Assembly (NCBI GenBank): GCA_964463045.1
Contig: CAYXAU010000018.1
Span: 4,443 to 68,442, forward strand
DNA from: an uncultured Candidatus Sumerlaeota bacterium
GTDB lineage: Bacteria > Sumerlaeota > Sumerlaeia > MVZB01 > JAJFLK01
Direction of reading: 5' to 3'
Length of the DNA stretch: 64,000 bases
The stretch's first letter is position 1. Each line of letters begins with the position of its first letter. A program made the translations under genes and the position numbers. Shown here in pieces: positions 1 to 8,539 of this stretch. Below the pieces are notes generated by a model that was not told where the DNA came from, did not search any database, and saw only the letters and a program-made list of their open reading frames with translations.

Positions 1-1
1 G

Positions 2-802
2 GTCATCCATAATCTGGCGCTGGCGTGCGAGATGGCCGGCCGTCCCGCCGATGCCCGACGCTACTGGGAGGCCACCGTCGGGCGGTGGCGCGCTCGACTG
101 GACGCCGCCCCGCAGGACCTTTATCTCAAGAGCATCGTCGTCGAAGGGCTGCGACATCAAGCCGAGCTGGGTTCGCTCGGCGAAGGGGCCCCCTCCCCCG
201 CCCGGGCGAGCGCTCCGGCCGGCGCCGCGACGGCGAGCCCCGGCCCGACGGCCGCCGCGGCGGGCAAGGCGAGCGGCGACGAAGGGGGTCAAATCCGGGA
301 AATCCTCAAGCTCCGACCGGACGATTTTGACGCCAATTTCCGGTTGGCGAACATCTTGATGGATCAGAAGAAGTGGGCCGAGGCCGCCGAGCATCTGGCC
401 GAGCTGACGAAGAAGTTCCCCCGGAACATCGAGGTCATCAACGCCCTCGGCTGGGCGCTGCTGAACAACCAGCAGGTGGATGATGCTTTCCGGGCCTGGC
501 GGCGGGGCCTCAAGCTCGACCCGAAAAACTTCACGCTGCGCGAGGCGCTCATCAAGGGGCACATGCTCATGGGACGCGCCCTCCGGGACAAAAACCTCTT
601 CATCAACGCCCTGGTCCACTTCAAGGAGCTCGCCAAGTACGCCCCCGACAGCGACGAGGTCCACTATGAGCTGGGCCGGACCTATCAGCTCAAGGGGGAC
701 CCCCAGTCGGCCTTCCAGGAGTTCCAGACCGTCGTCAAGCTGAACCCCAAGCACAAGCCCGCCCGCGTGGCGCTTTCCGAACTCAAGATGCGAAGGGCTT
801 GA
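2..802 (+). CDS. TPR-repeat protein, 5' end runs off the window start
   Basis: ORF 32..802 stays open in frame back to nt 2; TPR-like helical repeats (WAEAAEHLAEL, YELGRTYQLKGDPQSAFQEF); strong GC3 bias. Confidence 0.6.
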   Translation, partial: VIHNLALACEMAGRPADARRYWEATVGRWRARLDAAPQDLYLKSIVVEGLRHQAELGSLGEGAPSPARASAPAGAATASPGPTAAAAGKASGDEGGQIREILKLRPDDFDANFRLANILMDQKKWAEAAEHLAELTKKFPRNIEVINALGWALLNNQQVDDAFRAWRRGLKLDPKNFTLREALIKGHMLMGRALRDKNLFINALVHFKELAKYAPDSDEVHYELGRTYQLKGDPQSAFQEFQTVVKLNPKHKPARVALSELKMRRA

Positions 803-820
803 GGCGGCTCCAACCGGGCC

Positions 821-1765
821 TCAGGCCCCTTCGCGCTCGAAGACCAGAATCGGGCGGGCGGGGCAGCGGTCCTGCCAGAGGGTCTTGTCGGCGGCGAAGA
901 GAACGACGAGCTGCGTCAATCGGCCGGGCTGAAGGTTCACGATAAGGCGGTCGGCGAGGGAATGGCAGAGGAAGAGGCCGCGGCCGCGTTCATCGAGAAG
1001 CCCGTGCGCGTCGATGTGGCGCTCGATCTTTTCGAGCGCCCGATCCCGCCGGAGGCGTCCCTGATTATCGGCGACGTCGACGGCGAAGGTTCGAGCATCG
1101 CGACCGTAGTCGAGCGTGACCTCTTCGCCCGGCTCCAGCGTTTCGAAGTTGCGGATGGAGTATTTCTCGACGCCGTCGGCTGATTCGAAGGCGTGGTAGA
1201 CGGCGTTATTGAGCGCCTCTTCCAGGACGAGCCGCAGATCGAAGCCGCCGCGCGAATCGGGCCGGAACGTCTGGAAGTCGGCCACGACGCTGTCGAGGAC
1301 GGTAACCTTGGTCTCGCGGTCGCGGACTTCCAGCCGGCGAATCGGCGCCTCCGGGGCCAGATGCTCGGCCAGGCCGGGCTCCGGACCCCCGCGCTCGATC
1401 CACTGCGCCCAGGTCTCCAGCTCCTCGGGGTAATCCAGGGCCTCAGCGGGGAAGACCGCCGACAGGCCGAGCCGCCGGGCCGTCGTCAACGCCGGTCCCA
1501 TTCGCCCGACGGATTCCAGGGCGGCCAACACCGGCCGGGCGGGCAGATCCGCGAGCGCCTGAGCCAGTTCGATCGTTTCCTCGCTCAACGCCCCCCCCTG
1601 GATGAGCACGAGCGGTCGATCCTGATCGCGCACGGCCTCGATCAGCTCGATGACCGAGAGCGAACGCAGGAGGCGCCGCCCCAGAGCCCGGCCGGGAAGC
1701 GGATCGGCCTCCTCGGCCTGGAGCAGCAGCACGGCGCGTTGATCAAGTCGCGGCAGGCGGCTCAT
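821..1765 (-). CDS. Receiver-like domain fused to GHKL/HATPase_c anti-sigma-factor-type Ser kinase (RsbW-like)
   Basis: N-terminal degenerate CheY-like segment (RPLVLIQGG...ARPVLAAL); C-terminal LVLEEALNNAVYHA ... GRGLFL motifs typical of RsbW/SpoIIAB-type HATPase. Confidence 0.5.
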   Translation of the reverse strand: MSRLPRLDQRAVLLLQAEEADPLPGRALGRRLLRSLSVIELIEAVRDQDRPLVLIQGGALSEETIELAQALADLPARPVLAALESVGRMGPALTTARRLGLSAVFPAEALDYPEELETWAQWIERGGPEPGLAEHLAPEAPIRRLEVRDRETKVTVLDSVVADFQTFRPDSRGGFDLRLVLEEALNNAVYHAFESADGVEKYSIRNFETLEPGEEVTLDYGRDARTFAVDVADNQGRLRRDRALEKIERHIDAHGLLDERGRGLFLCHSLADRLIVNLQPGRLTQLVVLFAADKTLWQDRCPARPILVFEREGA

Positions 1766-1804
1766 GAGGCGCTTTCGGGGGAGACACCCGGGCGGTGAGG
1801 GACA

Positions 1805-2800
1805 TCAGGCCGTCCCGCCCGAGGAAGCCGCCGAGCCGGTCGTTTCGTCGTGGGCGCGCATGAGGGCCATCGGGCCGGCAACCCAGATCGAAATCTCGAA
1901 CAGACCGATGAGCGGCACCAAGGCCATCAGCATGGAAACGACGTCGGCCGGCGTCATCAGCATGGCCAGGACGGCCAGACCGACGTAGATATGGCGGCGG
2001 TAATGCCGCAGGAACGCGGGCGTGACGATCCCGACCCGCGCCAACACGGCCACGACCAACGGTAGCTCAAAGATCAGGCCGAAAACAATCATCATCGTCG
2101 TCATGAGCTTAAGGTAGATGCTCACGTTATAGAGGGTGTCGATGCCGCTGACGACGTAGCGGTTCATGACCGGAATGACGAGCCAGACCATGCCATAGGC
2201 GAACAACGCCCCCACGGGAAACAGAAACACCGCCCCGACGAGCATCGGCCTGACGACGCGCTTTTCCTTCGGCGTCAGACCCGGCGCCACGAAGAGCCAG
2301 GCCTGCCAGACCCAGACCACCAGCGAGACCAAAATCCCCAGGATGACGGCCACTTTGATCTGGATCATGAGCGGGTCGATCGGGCTGGCGTAAACGATCT
2401 TGCTCTCCCGGCCGGCGACGGAACCGCCCAGACTGAGCGTCGTCGCCGAGCCGTCGGCGGCCGTCAGGACCAGCAGCGCCTGATCGAACACGCCGCGCAG
2501 GTCCTCCGGCTCGCTCTGGACGAGTAGCCGCGGATTGGCCAGTCGCAGCGTCCCGTCGGGGGCCACCTCCAGGCGGAGGCGCTCCGGCTCGGGCGCCATC
2601 AGCCGGCCCGGATCGAAGATGTGCGTGACGGGTCGGATCATCAGCTCGACGGCTCGTCGGGCGAAGAAGAGCATCAGGAGCGTGGCGACGATCAGCGTCC
2701 CGAAGGAAATCAAGAGACGCAGGCGGAGCTCCCCCAGATGGCCGAGGAGCGGCATCTCCCTCTCAGGATTGAGATCAGGTCGTTTCTTGAATACGGCCAC
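1805..2800 (-). CDS. tatC: Sec-independent protein translocase TatC, with ~80 aa insertion after TM1
   Basis: N-terminal MPLLGHLGELRLRLL signature, 6 TM segments; 331 aa vs ~250 typical; adjacent tatA. Confidence 0.85.
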   Translation of the reverse strand: MAVFKKRPDLNPEREMPLLGHLGELRLRLLISFGTLIVATLLMLFFARRAVELMIRPVTHIFDPGRLMAPEPERLRLEVAPDGTLRLANPRLLVQSEPEDLRGVFDQALLVLTAADGSATTLSLGGSVAGRESKIVYASPIDPLMIQIKVAVILGILVSLVVWVWQAWLFVAPGLTPKEKRVVRPMLVGAVFLFPVGALFAYGMVWLVIPVMNRYVVSGIDTLYNVSIYLKLMTTMMIVFGLIFELPLVVAVLARVGIVTPAFLRHYRRHIYVGLAVLAMLMTPADVVSMLMALVPLIGLFEISIWVAGPMALMRAHDETTGSAASSGGTA

Positions 2801-2942
2801 GAGTCAGACGCCCCTCAAGCGTCAGCCCCCGGCAGGCGTTGGCGGCTTGGACGGGCCCTCAGGCTTCCGTCACGTTCGCTCGTTGACGCGCAACGTGAGA
2901 CCGCCCGCGGGCGCGGATCGGCCGCGCGCCTCGGCCGGGGAT

Positions 2943-3221
2943 TCAGTCGCTTTTGTCTTCAGCGGCGGGCTCGCGGGCCTGAGCCGCCGAAGTGACTTTG
3001 GAAGGGGGGTCGATCGAGGGGTGGGCTTTTTCGGGTTTTTCGGGCCGTTCGGCTTCGTCCATCGCACCGCGGATTTCATCGTCGACGCCGCTCAGACCGG
3101 ACTTGAAGTCTCGGATCGCCTTGCCCATCGAGCTGGCCAGCTTCGGCAGGTTCTTCGGGCCGAAGATAATCAGCACGATGACCATGACGACGAGGAGTTC
3201 CTGGTAACCGACGCCAAACAT
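2943..3221 (-). CDS. tatA: Sec-independent translocase TatA/E
   Basis: MFGVGYQELLVVMVIVLIIFGPKNLPKLASSMGKAIRDFK is a canonical TatA N-terminus; GGAGG RBS; internal ATG at 3221 preferred over ORF start 3293. Confidence 0.8.
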   Translation of the reverse strand: MFGVGYQELLVVMVIVLIIFGPKNLPKLASSMGKAIRDFKSGLSGVDDEIRGAMDEAERPEKPEKAHPSIDPPSKVTSAAQAREPAAEDKSD

Positions 3222-3495
3222 GGTCTTTTTTGACCTCCCGGCTTCCCGCGCGGTCCAGCCCCGCCGCGCCGTAATCGACCCCGCGGCCACCACCCCCGAC
3301 CCCGATGAACGCCCCCTTGGGGCGGTTCAGCCTGGGGCCGGGTCAAGCCGGGCCTTAGTCCAGGCCAGCATAGCGAGGCCTTCAACCCGGCGTCAATCAA
3401 TCGTTTGAGCGGCGACAGGGCTACTCCCGCAAGGGCGGGATCGGGGGAGCGCGGCCTCGGATGGACTCGCGGCGGATTCCCGCCGGGGGCCCCAG

Positions 3496-4065
3496 ATGCA
3501 AGTTGACAAGGCGGCCGCGGCGGGCCTAGATAGGGCGACTGCGCTCGAAGGGGCGATGCTTTCCACGACGGGCATGCGAAGTTCGACCCCGGCCATCGCC
3601 GCCCAGGGGCCGCTGGGCTGGTTGGGCCTTTTCATCGGATGGATGATCCCGGGGGCCGGCTTCCTGATCTGGGGGCGATGGGTCCGCGGTCTGACCTGTT
3701 TCTTTTTGATTCACTTGACCTTCGGCCTGGGGCTCGTCCTGCACAGCGGCGTGGCCTGGCCCTCCTGGTCGTTCCGGTCCGAAGAATTCAACCTGATCAA
3801 CAACTTCACCTTCATCGTCCAGATGGGCACCGGGCTGCCGGCCCTGGCCAGCTTTCTGGCCTCGCAGTGGGTGCAGGAGCCGGGGGCAGGCCTGGCGTGG
3901 CTGGCCGGGGCCCCCAAGCACCCTCACTATGAGCTCGGCAGCTACTTCCTGATCGTGGCCGGGGCGCTCAATTACTTCGTCGTCGGCAACTTTTATGACC
4001 GGCTCGTCCGGCCTCGCCCCCCCTTCACGGCGCAGGAACGGCCGGAGGGAGCCCCCTCGGCGTGA
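3496..4065 (+). CDS. hypothetical polytopic membrane protein
   Basis: 4-5 hydrophobic helices, GC3-biased; no recognisable family. Confidence 0.45.
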   Translation: MQVDKAAAAGLDRATALEGAMLSTTGMRSSTPAIAAQGPLGWLGLFIGWMIPGAGFLIWGRWVRGLTCFFLIHLTFGLGLVLHSGVAWPSWSFRSEEFNLINNFTFIVQMGTGLPALASFLASQWVQEPGAGLAWLAGAPKHPHYELGSYFLIVAGALNYFVVGNFYDRLVRPRPPFTAQERPEGAPSA

Positions 4066-4247
4066 CCTCCCTCGGTCTTCTTCATATCGGGTCCCTGGTC
4101 TACCTTTCCGGGGTCATCTGCCTGGTGATCAGCCTGAACGAGAATCGGGACCCCCTGATCATCCTGCGGGAGACCCTCCGCCGGTGGGTCAAGTTCCTGG
4201 GCCTGAGCCTCCTGATCGCCGTGGCGGTCCACCTTCTGAGCCGCTGA
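4062..4247 (+). CDS. small (61 aa) two-helix membrane protein, GTGA-overlap coupled to upstream gene
   Basis: GTG start overlapping stop of previous ORF; two TM helices; weak evidence. Confidence 0.3.
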   Translation: MTSLGLLHIGSLVYLSGVICLVISLNENRDPLIILRETLRRWVKFLGLSLLIAVAVHLLSR

Positions 4248-4288
4248 GCGGGGGGGCGGGGGGTCAAAAAAAAAGAATCCGAAGGGGC

Positions 4289-4317
4289 TTGACAGGGGCG
4301 GGGGGGTCTGATCTAGT
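4289..4317 (+). promoter_or_regulatory. sigma-70-like promoter: TTGACA, 17 nt spacer, TCTAGT; preceded by A9 tract (UP-like) at ~4266-4274
   Basis: perfect -35 hexamer at 4289-4294, -10-like at 4312-4317, ~60 nt upstream of the 4377 start codon. Confidence 0.3.
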
Positions 4318-4376
4318 AGCCATCAAGCTTTTCATCCAAGCTCCCCTATCCTTACCCGGAAAGGAGGGATTGGTAC

Positions 4377-5057
4377 ATGCGCGGCAAGGGTTTCACGCTC
4401 ATTGAGCTGCTGATCGTGGTGGCGATCATCGCGATCCTGGCGGCCATTGCGGTGCCGAACTTCCTGGAGGCGCAGGTCCGTTCGAAGGTCTCGCGGGTGA
4501 AGAACGACCAGCGAGCCTACGCCACGGCGTTGGAGTCGTATTACATCGACAACAACAACTATCCGGCCGTGGACAATTCGACGGCGGCCAACGAAGCGGC
4601 CCCCTTTGGCCATGGCGTCAATGCGCTGCCGAACGCCTCGACGTTCCTGCGGAACATGCCGACGTTCCGTCGCAAGCGGAACCAGGCTGACCCGCTCAGC
4701 ACGTTGACGACGCCGGTGTCCTACCTGAGCTCGATGCTCTCGGACACCTTCGCCAAGACGGCGGGCGCGATCTTCTCTTACTCGACAGCCGACGTCACCT
4801 TGGGGCGGGCGGCCGTCAAGGCCGGATGGATCATCTGGTCCTTCGGCCCGGACCTGGACGAGACGACGGCGCAATCGACCGGCGCCCAGTACGGCGGCAA
4901 CATCGGCGTCAGCAACGCCGGCGCCGAAGGGACGCGGGTTGAGACCGCCTACTACAACCCGCTCGGCCAGGTGCCGTCCCCGACGCTGATCGCGATCACC
5001 TATGACGCCACCAACGGCACGACGTCCCGCGGCGATATCTACCGCGTTAAGCAGTAG
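4377..5057 (+). CDS. prepilin-type N-terminal cleavage/methylation domain protein (GspG-like pseudopilin / type IV pilin-like)
   Basis: MRGKGFTLIELLIVVAIIAILAAIAVPNFLEAQ classic prepilin leader + hydrophobic helix; strong AGGAGG RBS. Confidence 0.8.
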   Translation: MRGKGFTLIELLIVVAIIAILAAIAVPNFLEAQVRSKVSRVKNDQRAYATALESYYIDNNNYPAVDNSTAANEAAPFGHGVNALPNASTFLRNMPTFRRKRNQADPLSTLTTPVSYLSSMLSDTFAKTAGAIFSYSTADVTLGRAAVKAGWIIWSFGPDLDETTAQSTGAQYGGNIGVSNAGAEGTRVETAYYNPLGQVPSPTLIAITYDATNGTTSRGDIYRVKQ

Positions 5058-5108
5058 CCTTCGTCCGCCGGACGCCTGAGGCTGACCCCCAAGCCGATTG
5101 ACAAGACT

Positions 5109-5141
5109 GGGCCTGCCCTTCCGGGCAGGCCCTTTTTCTTT
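5109..5141 (+). terminator. rho-independent terminator (10 bp GC stem gggcctgccc/gggcaggccc, loop ttcc, then tttttcttt)
   Basis: perfect hairpin followed by T5 run 52 nt after the pilin-like stop codon. Confidence 0.7.
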
Positions 5142-5256
5142 CGTCCCGCCTCGCGTTGACGCCGCCGGCCAACCTCCCTTAAGATCGGACGGCAGAGGCC
5201 TTCGGGTCGCCAACCGTCGCGCCCCGGCCTGACCGGGGCGACGGGCTTTCCCCCGC

Positions 5257-6705
5257 ATGAGCGTTCCCCGTTTCCGACGCGCCTTGCTCGTCAACCCCCC
5301 GACGGGGCTTTTCCGGCGGGACGATCGCTGCCAATGCAAGGTCGAGGACCAGACGGTTCAGATCACGTTTCCGCCGATCGAGCTGGCTTTACTGGCCGCC
5401 GTCCTGCGCCGGGCCGGGGCCGAGCCCTTCGTCCGGGACTATCCGGCCCGCGGGGAGGGGTGGGCCCGATACGTCGCCGATCTGAAGGCCCTTGAGCCCG
5501 ATTTCGTGCTGGTCAACGTGGTGACGGCGACAGCGGCCGGCGATTTCCAGGCCTGCGCCGCCGCCAAAGAGACGCTCGGCCCCAAGGCGATGACCGCCGC
5601 CAAGGGCGAATACATGGAGGCTCTGGGGGTGGAGGCGCTCCGAGATCACCCTGAGGTCGACGTGGGCTTTCACGGGGAAGTCGAACGCGTGATCGAGAAG
5701 TTCCATCGGGGGGAGGCCCTGGCGACGTTGCCGGGGGTGATCTATCGGGATGGAGCCGCCGCCGACGGGCCGGGGCGGATCCATCGCAACCCCGGCCATC
5801 CGGTCGTCGACAATCTGGACGAACTCCCCTACCCGGCGCGCGATCTGCTGGAGAACGAACTTTACCGCAGCCCGGAGAGCGGGCGGCCGTTGACGGTGAT
5901 CCACGGCAATCGGGGCTGCCCGGCCCATTGCATCTTCTGCCCGGCGGGGGTGATTTCGGGCTTCAGCGTGCGTTATCGCTCGCCGGCGAACGTTCTCGGC
6001 GAGATCGAGGAGTGCGTCGAGCGGTTCGGCATCGACGAATTCCTCTTCCACGGGGACACGTTCACGCTCAACAAATCCTGGACGATCGAGCTGTGCGAAC
6101 GGATCGTCGAGCGGGGCCTCAAGATTCGGTGGGGTTGCAACAGCCGGGTGGACACGTTGGACGACGAACGAGCCGCGGCCATGAAGCGCGCCGGTTGTTG
6201 GGTGGTCGCCTTCGGCGTCGAAACCGGCAATCAGGACCTCCTCGACCGAATGAAGAAGGCCGCCACGCTCGCCGACGCCGAGCGCGCCGTCGCCGTCTGC
6301 AAGCGCCACGGTCTCCGCACGCACGCCTTCTTCGTCATCGGGCTGCCGTGGGAGACCGAGGCCACGCTGGCGCAAACCCTCGATTTCGCCCGGAAGCTCG
6401 ACACCGACTTCTTCGACTTCAACATCGCCTACCCGCTGCCCGGCACGGAATTTTACGAGATGGCCGTGGCGGAGAACCTCTTCGAGGCCCCGCCCGAAAC
6501 CGGCGGTTACGCCCGCGCCGCCGTCGGCTCCTACGAACTCTCCGCCGAACGCCTCACCGAGTGGCGCCGCCAGGCGCTCCTGGCCATGTACCTCCGGCCC
6601 GGCTATATCGCCCGCACGCTCCTCAAAAGCCGTTCCCCCCGCGTGACCGCCAACTACGTGCGGGCAGGGGCGCGCCGGCTAAGGCAGCTCCTGACCGCCT
6701 CCTGA
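5257..6705 (+). CDS. B12-binding domain-containing radical SAM protein (class B)
   Basis: N-terminal cobalamin-binding-like region; CPAHCIFCP (CxxxCxxC) radical SAM cluster motif; ~480 aa typical of class B rSAM. Confidence 0.8.
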   Translation: MSVPRFRRALLVNPPTGLFRRDDRCQCKVEDQTVQITFPPIELALLAAVLRRAGAEPFVRDYPARGEGWARYVADLKALEPDFVLVNVVTATAAGDFQACAAAKETLGPKAMTAAKGEYMEALGVEALRDHPEVDVGFHGEVERVIEKFHRGEALATLPGVIYRDGAAADGPGRIHRNPGHPVVDNLDELPYPARDLLENELYRSPESGRPLTVIHGNRGCPAHCIFCPAGVISGFSVRYRSPANVLGEIEECVERFGIDEFLFHGDTFTLNKSWTIELCERIVERGLKIRWGCNSRVDTLDDERAAAMKRAGCWVVAFGVETGNQDLLDRMKKAATLADAERAVAVCKRHGLRTHAFFVIGLPWETEATLAQTLDFARKLDTDFFDFNIAYPLPGTEFYEMAVAENLFEAPPETGGYARAAVGSYELSAERLTEWRRQALLAMYLRPGYIARTLLKSRSPRVTANYVRAGARRLRQLLTAS

Positions 6706-6736
6706 GGACAACGGCGGCGGCCCCCCGCCGCGCGGG

Positions 6737-8383
6737 TCAATGGCGATACAGCCTCCACCGGGGGGTTGTTTCGTTCGGTGGCGGGAGGGTGAAGGGGAGG
6801 ATCATATCGTCGGCCAGTTCGCCGCCGACGCCGTTGCCGTTGGCGTCCAGATAGTTCTCGGCCGGATCACGGAGGCCGAAAAAGCCGCGCAACGTGAGCG
6901 TGTAGCCGCCCCCGGGAGCGTTGGCCAGACGAAGCCGGAGGATGCTCCCCTCGGTCACGATGGCCTCGGGTCGGAACCGGATCGGGGCCTGGTCCAGATT
7001 GGGGTCGCTCCAGCGCAGGTCGATGGCCGAGGGGAAGTGGGGCAGGGCGATCGGTTCGCTCAACTCGACGGCGATATCCGCTCCGCGGCCGGGCCGGGTG
7101 ATCTCCAGGCCGACGACTTGAGGGGGCGTCACGTCCGGCATCGAGGGTGGGCCCCCTTCGCTGTCCACCGTCCAGGCCCAACCGAGCGTCAGCATCTCCT
7201 GATCCGTGAAGAGTCCCCCCCGGACGTCGTGATTGAAGGGGTTGTCCCATGTTCCGACAACCCGGATGTTGGTTCCGGCGGGAAGCGCGACGGGACGATG
7301 GTAAACGTAGAACTCCTGCCAGTCGAAATCCCATCGATCGATCCGGATGAGCGGGATTTGACGACTGTCGGGCAGAATGGCCGTCGCCGAATACGTGCTC
7401 CCGATCGTGTGCATGTGCGGGAAAACGGCGATGACGTGTCGGCTCGTCGGTACGGAGACATTCATTGTCAACTGATAGCCCTGGGCGCCGGCCGGCACGG
7501 TGAAGTCGATCCGCGTGGGGATCGCCTGGTAAAGCCGCCGGACGCCGGGGTCCTGGCTCACGTTGAGCCCCAAGCGCGTTCGATCCGTCTCGGGGACCCC
7601 CGACGGGTGATAATGCATCTGGACGATGATGTTGCTCCCCGCCGGGAGCTCGAAGCCCAGTTCCGACGTGTAGGGCTGGAAACCGCCGCCCGGCGCCCAG
7701 CCGCCCATGACGACGCTCCCGGACAAGCCCGGCCCGCCGAAGCAATCCCAGCCGTCGTTCGGGCCCCCCTGTTGAGCGTCCCGCGCCGGGCCGAGGTTAT
7801 TGGGATCGCTGTAGAGGACGGCGTGGTGCGCGATGCGGAGATTGTCCGGCTGGAATTGCAACCCCACGATCTTCGTCGGCTCGGTGAAGCCGGTCGGGAG
7901 GACAAAGCAGCGGTAAACGTCGCCTCCCGTCGCCCACATCTGCCACGTCTCGGCCATCTCCAGTACGAGGTCCGGCTCGCCGAACCGCCAGCCGTCGGGA
8001 TGTTCGATCGGCGGCGGAGCGTCTTCGGGGTCCCCGGCCGGCCCTCCGGCGTCCACCCAGCCCAAAAGGACGTCGATCTGTTCCTGCGTCAGGGAACGGT
8101 CGGGCTTGAAGCCCTGGCCGGGTTCGAAGCCCTGCTCCAGCGCCGCGTTCCAGGGGGGCATCAGGCGATTGGCAACATTGAAACGAATGAGGGCGAGCCG
8201 GCTTTCGGCCACCGTCTCCTCGTAGGTCTCCATGCTGAATGGGGCCAGCCCCCCCTCGATGTGACAGAGCGTGCATTTGGCTTGCAGCAGCCGGCCGATC
8301 TGGCCGTAATAGGTTGGATCGCCCGGATCGGCCGCGACCCAGCCCGCCAACCCCATCCACGCAAGGCATAATCCACGGCGCAT
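6737..8383 (-). CDS. secreted PSCyt1-type c-type cytochrome domain fused to PHM/DBH-like type-2 copper monooxygenase, with ~150 aa C-terminal beta-rich extension
   Basis: signal peptide MRRGLCLAWMGLAGWVAA; CTLCH haem motif + MPP motif (PSCyt1); HH (AHHAVLY), MHYH, HMH, WDFDWQ, TDQEM copper-site motifs; GGGAGG RBS before ATG at 8383. Confidence 0.6.
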   Translation of the reverse strand: MRRGLCLAWMGLAGWVAADPGDPTYYGQIGRLLQAKCTLCHIEGGLAPFSMETYEETVAESRLALIRFNVANRLMPPWNAALEQGFEPGQGFKPDRSLTQEQIDVLLGWVDAGGPAGDPEDAPPPIEHPDGWRFGEPDLVLEMAETWQMWATGGDVYRCFVLPTGFTEPTKIVGLQFQPDNLRIAHHAVLYSDPNNLGPARDAQQGGPNDGWDCFGGPGLSGSVVMGGWAPGGGFQPYTSELGFELPAGSNIIVQMHYHPSGVPETDRTRLGLNVSQDPGVRRLYQAIPTRIDFTVPAGAQGYQLTMNVSVPTSRHVIAVFPHMHTIGSTYSATAILPDSRQIPLIRIDRWDFDWQEFYVYHRPVALPAGTNIRVVGTWDNPFNHDVRGGLFTDQEMLTLGWAWTVDSEGGPPSMPDVTPPQVVGLEITRPGRGADIAVELSEPIALPHFPSAIDLRWSDPNLDQAPIRFRPEAIVTEGSILRLRLANAPGGGYTLTLRGFFGLRDPAENYLDANGNGVGGELADDMILPFTLPPPNETTPRWRLYRH

Positions 8384-8539
8384 GATCAGCCTCCCATGAT
8401 CCGGCCCAATCTTAGCCCCGGCGGGCCGAGATTGCCAACCCTTCCGGCCCATGGCCGCCCGACCTCGGGGGGCTGATGCCGAGCCGGCGCTCCGGAGCTA
8501 TGATTCGGGCGCGGACGCCCGCGCCGGAGCCCGCCGGCC

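Noticed and set aside
4250-4275. G7CG6 followed by A9 as a terminator
   Set aside because: No hairpin followed by a T-run on either strand; A-tract precedes a -35 box so an UP-like element is more plausible
8384-8539. Sigma-54 promoter upstream of the first Cu-monooxygenase paralog
   Set aside because: Best TGGCA...GC candidate has wrong GG-GC spacing (off by 2), which sigma-54 does not tolerate
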